Origin: an uncultured Candidatus Peribacteria bacterium | Lineage (GTDB): Bacteria; Patescibacteriota; Gracilibacteria; Peribacterales; Peribacteraceae | Assembly: GCA_964640805.1 (NCBI GenBank) | Contig: CAZXIO010000004.1 | Coordinates: 1-31,541, forward strand | Direction of reading: 5' to 3' | Length of the DNA: 31,541 nucleotides | In this document: in pieces, positions 26,500 to 31,541 of the stretch | How the letters are laid out: each line of letters begins with the position of its first letter | Numbering within the stretch: the stretch's first letter is position 1 | The notes under the pieces: model-generated | What the model was told of the DNA's origin: nothing | The model's input: the letters and a program-made list of their open reading frames with translations, nothing else | Database searches by the model: none | Position numbers and translations under genes: made by a program

Positions 26500-27429
26500 A
26501 TGGCAAATAACCTCCGCGATCTTCGGCGCAAGATAAAAGCGATCAAATCGACGCGGCAGGTGACAAAAGCCATGGAACTTGTCGCTGCGTCCAAGATGCG
26601 CAGAGCCGTGCAGAATGCGGTGATGCTCCGGCGCTACGCCGTGGCTGCGTGGACGATTTTGCGTAAAATTGCACACGTGCACAGCGGTCAGCATCCGCTC
26701 TTGGAAGAACGATCAGCAGACCGCATCCTGATGGTTGTGTTTACCTCCGATCGCGGGCTCTGCGGAAGCCTGAACACGCATATTCTCAAGACCACCGCGC
26801 AGTACGCCGCGCGCGTGCGGGAGGGAACGCAGGCGCAGGTGGAGTTCATTGCTGTGGGCCGCAAAGCGCAGCAGTTCCTCGCGCGTACTGGGCAGAAGAT
26901 CATCGCCGCGTTCCCCGCTCAGAGCAATCACCCCCAGTTTCGCGATGTATTGCCCGTGAGCAAGCTCATCATCGACAGTTTTCTGAGTGCCTCGTATGAC
27001 CGTGTAGTGCTCGTCTACAGCGATTCCATTTCGGCGCTCCTGCAGGAGCCGACCGTGAAGGCGCTGCTGCCGTTCTCGGAAGAGGGCGTGAAGAAGATGA
27101 TCGATGACATCCTCCCCGAACGCCGGCTCACGAAAGAGGAACAGGCGAGCCTCACCGCTCCGCTCCCGAAAACACAGTACATCTTTGAGCCGTCGGAAGC
27201 GGAAGTGCTGAATGCGATTCTGCCGCAACTCACCGAGCTCCAGATCTATCAGGCCGTGCTCGAGACTGCCGCCTCGGAACACTCCGCGCGCATGGTCGCG
27301 ATGCGCAATGCATCGGATAATGCCTCCGACCTGCTCGGGGATCTCACTCTCACCTACAACCAGTCGCGCCAGTCGATCATTACGGCGGAATTGGCTGAGC
27401 TCAGTGCCAGTAAGGCGGCTTTGGACTAA
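26500..27429 (+). CDS. atpG: F1 ATP synthase gamma subunit
   Basis: IKSTRQVTKAMELVAASK, TSDRGLCG, SEHSARMVAM, NQSRQSIITAEL. Confidence 0.97.
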   Translation: MANNLRDLRRKIKAIKSTRQVTKAMELVAASKMRRAVQNAVMLRRYAVAAWTILRKIAHVHSGQHPLLEERSADRILMVVFTSDRGLCGSLNTHILKTTAQYAARVREGTQAQVEFIAVGRKAQQFLARTGQKIIAAFPAQSNHPQFRDVLPVSKLIIDSFLSASYDRVVLVYSDSISALLQEPTVKALLPFSEEGVKKMIDDILPERRLTKEEQASLTAPLPKTQYIFEPSEAEVLNAILPQLTELQIYQAVLETAASEHSARMVAMRNASDNASDLLGDLTLTYNQSRQSIITAELAELSASKAALD

Positions 27430-30092
27430 TGAGAGGGAATCCGCCGCAGAACAAATTTCGCCGTCTCCAGCACGGGAATAATCGTCAGTGCCATGAGGAC
27501 GATGATGCCCCAGTCCTCCAACGTCAGCGCGAACGTTTTGAAGGCGACCTGCAGGAAGGGCACGTAGACGATCAGCAGCAGGAGCACGAGTTCCCACAGG
27601 ATCGCGAGGTTTAGCCACTTGTTCTTGAAGGTTCCACTGAAGACGCTCAGGTGATCGGATCGGAAGTTGTAGGACTTCACGAATTCACAGACCACAAGCA
27701 GCACGAACGCCATCGTCATCGATTCCTGCATGCCGCGGCCCGACTGCTGAGCCCACCAGAAGACGCCGAGGATCAGCACGGCCAGCCACACGCTTCCCGT
27801 GAGCATCAATGCGAGGACGCGGCGCGTGAAGATCCCGTTATGCGGATCGCGTGGGCCGGTGCGCATCAGGTCCTTCTCGGGCGGGTCCACGGCCAGTGCC
27901 ACGGCGGGGAAGCCGTCCGTTGCAAGGTTCAAGTACAGCAGCTGCACGGCGGAGAGGGGGAGCGGCCAGCCGAGCAATGTCGCCACTGTCATGATGATGA
28001 TTTCGCCGATGTTGCTGCTCAAAAGATACATCAGGTATTTCTTGATGTTGCCGAAGATGCCGCGGCCTTCTTCCACCGCCGCGACGATCGAGGCGAAGTT
28101 ATCGTCCGTCAGCGTCATCGCCGCAGCCTCTTTGCTCACGTCCGTTCCCGTGATGCCCATCGCGACACCGATGTCGGCTTTCTTCAGCGCGGGTGCATCA
28201 TTGACTCCATCACCCGTCATCGCGACGATTTCGCCCTGCGCCTGCAGTGCCGTTACGATCCGGAGTTTGTGCGCAGGCGACACGCGCGCATAGACCTCGA
28301 TCTCATCAATCTGACTCACAAGTGCGGCATCATCCATCGCTTCCAGTTCCGCACCCGTCACCGTCTTGCCCGTCACGGCAATGCCCAGTTCCCGCGCGAT
28401 CGCTTCGGCAGTGACGGGATGATCGCCCGTGATCATCACTACTTTTATACCTGCCGTCTTGCAGGTGGCTATTGCAGCTTTGGCTTCGGGCCGCGGCGGA
28501 TCGATCATCCCCACGAGGCCGAGGAACTTCATGCCTTGTTGTGCGGAGTCCAAACCGACGTCGCCTTTGCGGGCGATGGCCAGCACGCGGAGAGCTTTTT
28601 TCGCCATCGCTGCCGCCGCATCCAGAATCTGTTTTCTGTCGCTCTCCGTCATCGGAACTTCGCCGTGTTCGCCCCACATCCGCGTGCAGTGAGGTAGCAT
28701 CATTTCGGGAGCCCCCTTCGTGTAGGCCATCGTGTTGTTCTCATCTTCCTTGTGCAACGTCGTCATCCGCTTTGTTTCGGAACTGAAGGGGATCTCGCCG
28801 ATGCGCGGATACTCGGCGTCCAGTTTTTCCTTGAGGATTCCGGCTTTCGCAGCCGCGACGACGATCGCGCCTTCCGTCGGGTCGCCGATGATGTCGTGCA
28901 CGCCGTCCTTTATCGTCAGCTTCGCATCGGAAGAAAGAACGCCTCCACGGAAAAACTCTTTCAACGCTCCGCCGATCTCCACTTCATTCCCGTCGAGCAT
29001 AAATGATCCCGTCGGCGCGTATCCGCTGCCCGAGACCTGATATGTTTTTCCGGTGACGAAAATTTCGCGCACGGTCATTTCGTCTTTCGTCAGCGTCCCG
29101 GTCTTGTCAGTACAAATCACAGACGTGCATCCCAGCGTCTCGACCGCGGGGAGCCGCCGGATCAATGCATGACGTCTGACCATCCGCTGGACTCCGATCG
29201 CGAGCGAAATCGTCACCACGGCCGGCAGCGCTTCGGGCACCACGGCGACGGCGAGTGCGATGCCGAAGATCACGATTTCGATAAGGCTTTCGCCGCGGTA
29301 CCAGCCGATGATGCTGATCACGACGACGACACCCAGCGCCATCTTTGCGAGCGTTTTGCCCACCCGATCGAGATTCTGCTGCAGCGGCGTCTGCTCTGTT
29401 TTCACGTCCGAAAGCATTGCTGCGATCTTCCCGAATTCGGTCTGCATGCCCGTTCCAGTCACCACGGCTTTTCCGCGGCCGTGAGCCACGGATGTTCCCC
29501 CATACACCATGTTCTTGCGGTCACCCGTCGCAGCTTCCGGATTCGCAATCACAGCAACATCCTTTTCCGACGGCAGCGATTCTCCCGTGAGCGACGCTTC
29601 ATCCGTTCGCAAATTCGCCTGCTCGATGATCCGCGCGTCGGCCGGCACACGGTCACCTGCTGCGAGCAGGATGATATCGCCGATCACGAGTTCATTCGCC
29701 GGAATTTTTATTTGCTCCCCGCCACGAATAACATTCGCCGTCGGCGCCGCCATGGATTTGAGCGCTTCCATTGCCTTCTCGGCTCTGAATTCCTGCACGA
29801 ACCCGAGCACGACCGCAAGGAGCACAATCACGGCAATCGTGATGGCTTCCACTTCGTGTCCCAAAAATCCCGAGAGAACCGTCGCGATCAAAAGGATGAT
29901 GACGAGTACGTTTTTGAATTGCTCGAAGAGCAGCGCCCACGGCGAGACGCCCGTTGATTTCTTCAGCTCATTGGGACCATTTTCTTTCAGCCGCTTTGCG
30001 GCTTCGTCGCTGCTCAGCCCTTGCGGGGATGATTGGAGTTGCGAGAGGACATGGTCGGGGGTCTGGGTATGAAAAAGGGTGGAGGTGTTCAT
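27426..30092 (-). CDS. P-type IIA (SERCA-like) cation-transporting ATPase, probably Ca2+
   Basis: LTGES, phosphorylation site DKTGT, GDPTE, KGAPE, MITGD and TGDGVND. Ion ligands: TM4 VPEALP, TM5 SSNIGE, TM6 NLATD and TM8 VCEF. Start set at MNTSTL. Confidence 0.93.
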   Translation of the reverse strand: MNTSTLFHTQTPDHVLSQLQSSPQGLSSDEAAKRLKENGPNELKKSTGVSPWALLFEQFKNVLVIILLIATVLSGFLGHEVEAITIAVIVLLAVVLGFVQEFRAEKAMEALKSMAAPTANVIRGGEQIKIPANELVIGDIILLAAGDRVPADARIIEQANLRTDEASLTGESLPSEKDVAVIANPEAATGDRKNMVYGGTSVAHGRGKAVVTGTGMQTEFGKIAAMLSDVKTEQTPLQQNLDRVGKTLAKMALGVVVVISIIGWYRGESLIEIVIFGIALAVAVVPEALPAVVTISLAIGVQRMVRRHALIRRLPAVETLGCTSVICTDKTGTLTKDEMTVREIFVTGKTYQVSGSGYAPTGSFMLDGNEVEIGGALKEFFRGGVLSSDAKLTIKDGVHDIIGDPTEGAIVVAAAKAGILKEKLDAEYPRIGEIPFSSETKRMTTLHKEDENNTMAYTKGAPEMMLPHCTRMWGEHGEVPMTESDRKQILDAAAAMAKKALRVLAIARKGDVGLDSAQQGMKFLGLVGMIDPPRPEAKAAIATCKTAGIKVVMITGDHPVTAEAIARELGIAVTGKTVTGAELEAMDDAALVSQIDEIEVYARVSPAHKLRIVTALQAQGEIVAMTGDGVNDAPALKKADIGVAMGITGTDVSKEAAAMTLTDDNFASIVAAVEEGRGIFGNIKKYLMYLLSSNIGEIIIMTVATLLGWPLPLSAVQLLYLNLATDGFPAVALAVDPPEKDLMRTGPRDPHNGIFTRRVLALMLTGSVWLAVLILGVFWWAQQSGRGMQESMTMAFVLLVVCEFVKSYNFRSDHLSVFSGTFKNKWLNLAILWELVLLLLIVYVPFLQVAFKTFALTLEDWGIIVLMALTIIPVLETAKFVLRRIPSH

Positions 30093-30147
30093 GGGGGTAT
30101 TGTCGGGTATATATGCTGATTTTCCAATGTGCTTTATCCAAGCGGCA

Positions 30148-31038
30148 TCACTCCTGTTTTTGCATTTGAAAGAACAGAAGTGGCCAATTGACCCGATATT
30201 TTCCTCCTTCATGAAAAATGCCGATGGCTTCCTGCAGGTCGGCCAATATTTCTTGTTCCGTGAGGTCATAAGCATGCAGACCTTTGAAAAACAGTGCCAT
30301 TTCATCTCGAGATTCAAATGCCCAAGATACGGGTATGCGCTCCGTACGAATCAATTGAAGGGGAAGCCCTGCTATAAGTGCCTGCAATCTCTCTTCGCTC
30401 AGCCATTGTGAGTCATGTCCTGTCAGACATTTCTTTGAAACATATTGGTCGAAATGATGAGACAAGGTTGTATCGGCACAAACATCTGCGCAAATGCATC
30501 TGCCGTGTGGAGCAAGCATTGTTGCAATATTTTCAAACATCCTTCGTTGATCATGAACGTGGTGAATCCCGCCCTGACTCGTGACGACATCTACGCTTCC
30601 GGGCGAAATTGATTTACCGATATCCGCATCATCCGGCGATCCTTGAATTGTATGCACTGTCGGAAGGTCACGATGCAAAACGAGCAGTTGTTCTTTGCTT
30701 GGGTCAATTGCGTAAATTTTCCCTTTCGTCTGGTCTACAATTTTCCTGGTAAGCAGTCCCGTTCCCGCAGCAATATCGACACAATGTTCATGTTTTTGCA
30801 GTGCAGCCCATTGCATGAGGGTTCCGGCCTCCATCTCTCGTGCATTCGGCGCAAGCTCAAGTGCCGTCGCATAGAGCGCTCCGCGGATATCAAAATCCAG
30901 AATCACCAACCCTTCCATTCGTTGCCTTACTAATTTTTTTGCAACCTGAATCTGCGCTTCAATTTTCTCACGAAAGAGATCCAGTCTTTTTAAGTAGGAT
31001 TGGTCTTGTTTAGGGGATTCATCATGGCGTTCGACCAT
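30148..31038 (-). CDS. Class I SAM-dependent methyltransferase
   Basis: Motif I VDIAAGTG, AIDPS, VDVVTSQGGIHHV and LAPHGRCICAD. TACAAT at 31052-31047 lies 8 nt upstream. Confidence 0.85.
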   Translation of the reverse strand: MVERHDESPKQDQSYLKRLDLFREKIEAQIQVAKKLVRQRMEGLVILDFDIRGALYATALELAPNAREMEAGTLMQWAALQKHEHCVDIAAGTGLLTRKIVDQTKGKIYAIDPSKEQLLVLHRDLPTVHTIQGSPDDADIGKSISPGSVDVVTSQGGIHHVHDQRRMFENIATMLAPHGRCICADVCADTTLSHHFDQYVSKKCLTGHDSQWLSEERLQALIAGLPLQLIRTERIPVSWAFESRDEMALFFKGLHAYDLTEQEILADLQEAIGIFHEGGKYRVNWPLLFFQMQKQE

Positions 31039-31166
31039 AGCGAACTATTGTATACCTGAGCCTATAACCGCGCCGGTTTTTCTCATGCTTTACCTGCACC
31101 TGTATCGCTAACATAAGTCTTGCCACTCTTGCCCTTTTCCCTCCAAGGGTGTACATTTGACCACCT

Positions 31167-31541
31167 ATGAACGCTCAACCACTCAGGCAATCGGATTTTC
31201 TGCTCTATACGTCTTCGGATGGTTCTGTTCGCGTCAGCGTGCTCATGGAGGACGAGACAGCGTGGCTGACGCAGAAGCTTATGGCAGAGTTATTTGAGGT
31301 TGATGTACGCACTATCAATGAGCACCTGCAAAACATCTTAAAATCCGGCGAGCTGAACGAAGATTCAGCTATCCGGAAATTCCGGACAACTGCTTCGGAT
31401 GGCAAAATGTACGAGACCCAGCATTATAATCTGGATGTCATCATCGCTCTTGGTTATCGAGTCAATTCCAAGCGGGCAACCCAGTTCCGCATCTGGGCGA
31501 CAAAGCGATTGCGGGAGTACATCGTGAAGGGATTCGCATTG
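31167..31541 (+). CDS. rhuM: Virulence RhuM family DNA-binding protein, 3'-truncated by the window edge (absent from the ORF track)
   Basis: My translation: MNAQPLRQSDFLLYTSSDG...ETAWLTQKLMAELFEVDVRTINEHLQNI...YNLDVIIALGYRVNSKRATQFRIWATKRLREYIVKGFAL. Confidence 0.9.
   Translation, partial: MNAQPLRQSDFLLYTSSDGSVRVSVLMEDETAWLTQKLMAELFEVDVRTINEHLQNILKSGELNEDSAIRKFRTTASDGKMYETQHYNLDVIIALGYRVNSKRATQFRIWATKRLREYIVKGFAL

Noticed and set aside
24961-27618. Long antisense ORFs (e.g. 24961-26478, 26713-27618, 5204-6634, 16514-17800, 18178-19617)
   Set aside because: These are shadow frames opposite well-conserved genes, expected in GC-rich coding DNA, with no recognisable motifs.

Overview
A gene-dense core-genome window, GC-rich by spot counts, read with the standard code (TGA is used as stop). 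The gene set points to a Patescibacteria/CPR bacterium, most likely Peregrinibacteria/Peribacteria; this is inferred from the SLH-domain proteins, Cys-rich DUF4215 repeats, a stand-alone VirD4/HerA-like ATPase and the alpha2-type GlyRS. Gene order: 3' part of class II (B12) ribonucleotide reductase nrdJ; two hypotheticals; a beta-repeat lipoprotein; RNHCP and ychF; an SLH-sortase fusion; a promoter-driven sORF with a four-hairpin element; the VirD4/HerA-like ATPase; phospholipase D; a single-domain response regulator; a DUF4215 surface protein; tsf, rpsB and glyQS; PrsW and SLH-S41 proteases; DedA; an F-type ATP synthase operon in the order D-C-I-B-E-F-H-A-G; a SERCA-like P-type ATPase; and a lower-GC end with a SAM methyltransferase and a partial rhuM-family gene. 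No CRISPR array, tRNA, rRNA, transposase or intein was found. The most unusual signal is non-coding. (1) Several families of REP-like palindromes and 7/9-bp periodic arrays occur between genes, and apparently also in frame inside nrdJ and inside the rpsB leader RNA. (2) Many genes have a -10 box 5-10 nt before the start codon (leaderless), while others have pyrimidine-rich periodic leaders with no Shine-Dalgarno. (3) A 137-bp inverted repeat made of four covarying hairpins lies behind a consensus sigma70 promoter. All coordinates and motif matches were read by eye; no database search was run.
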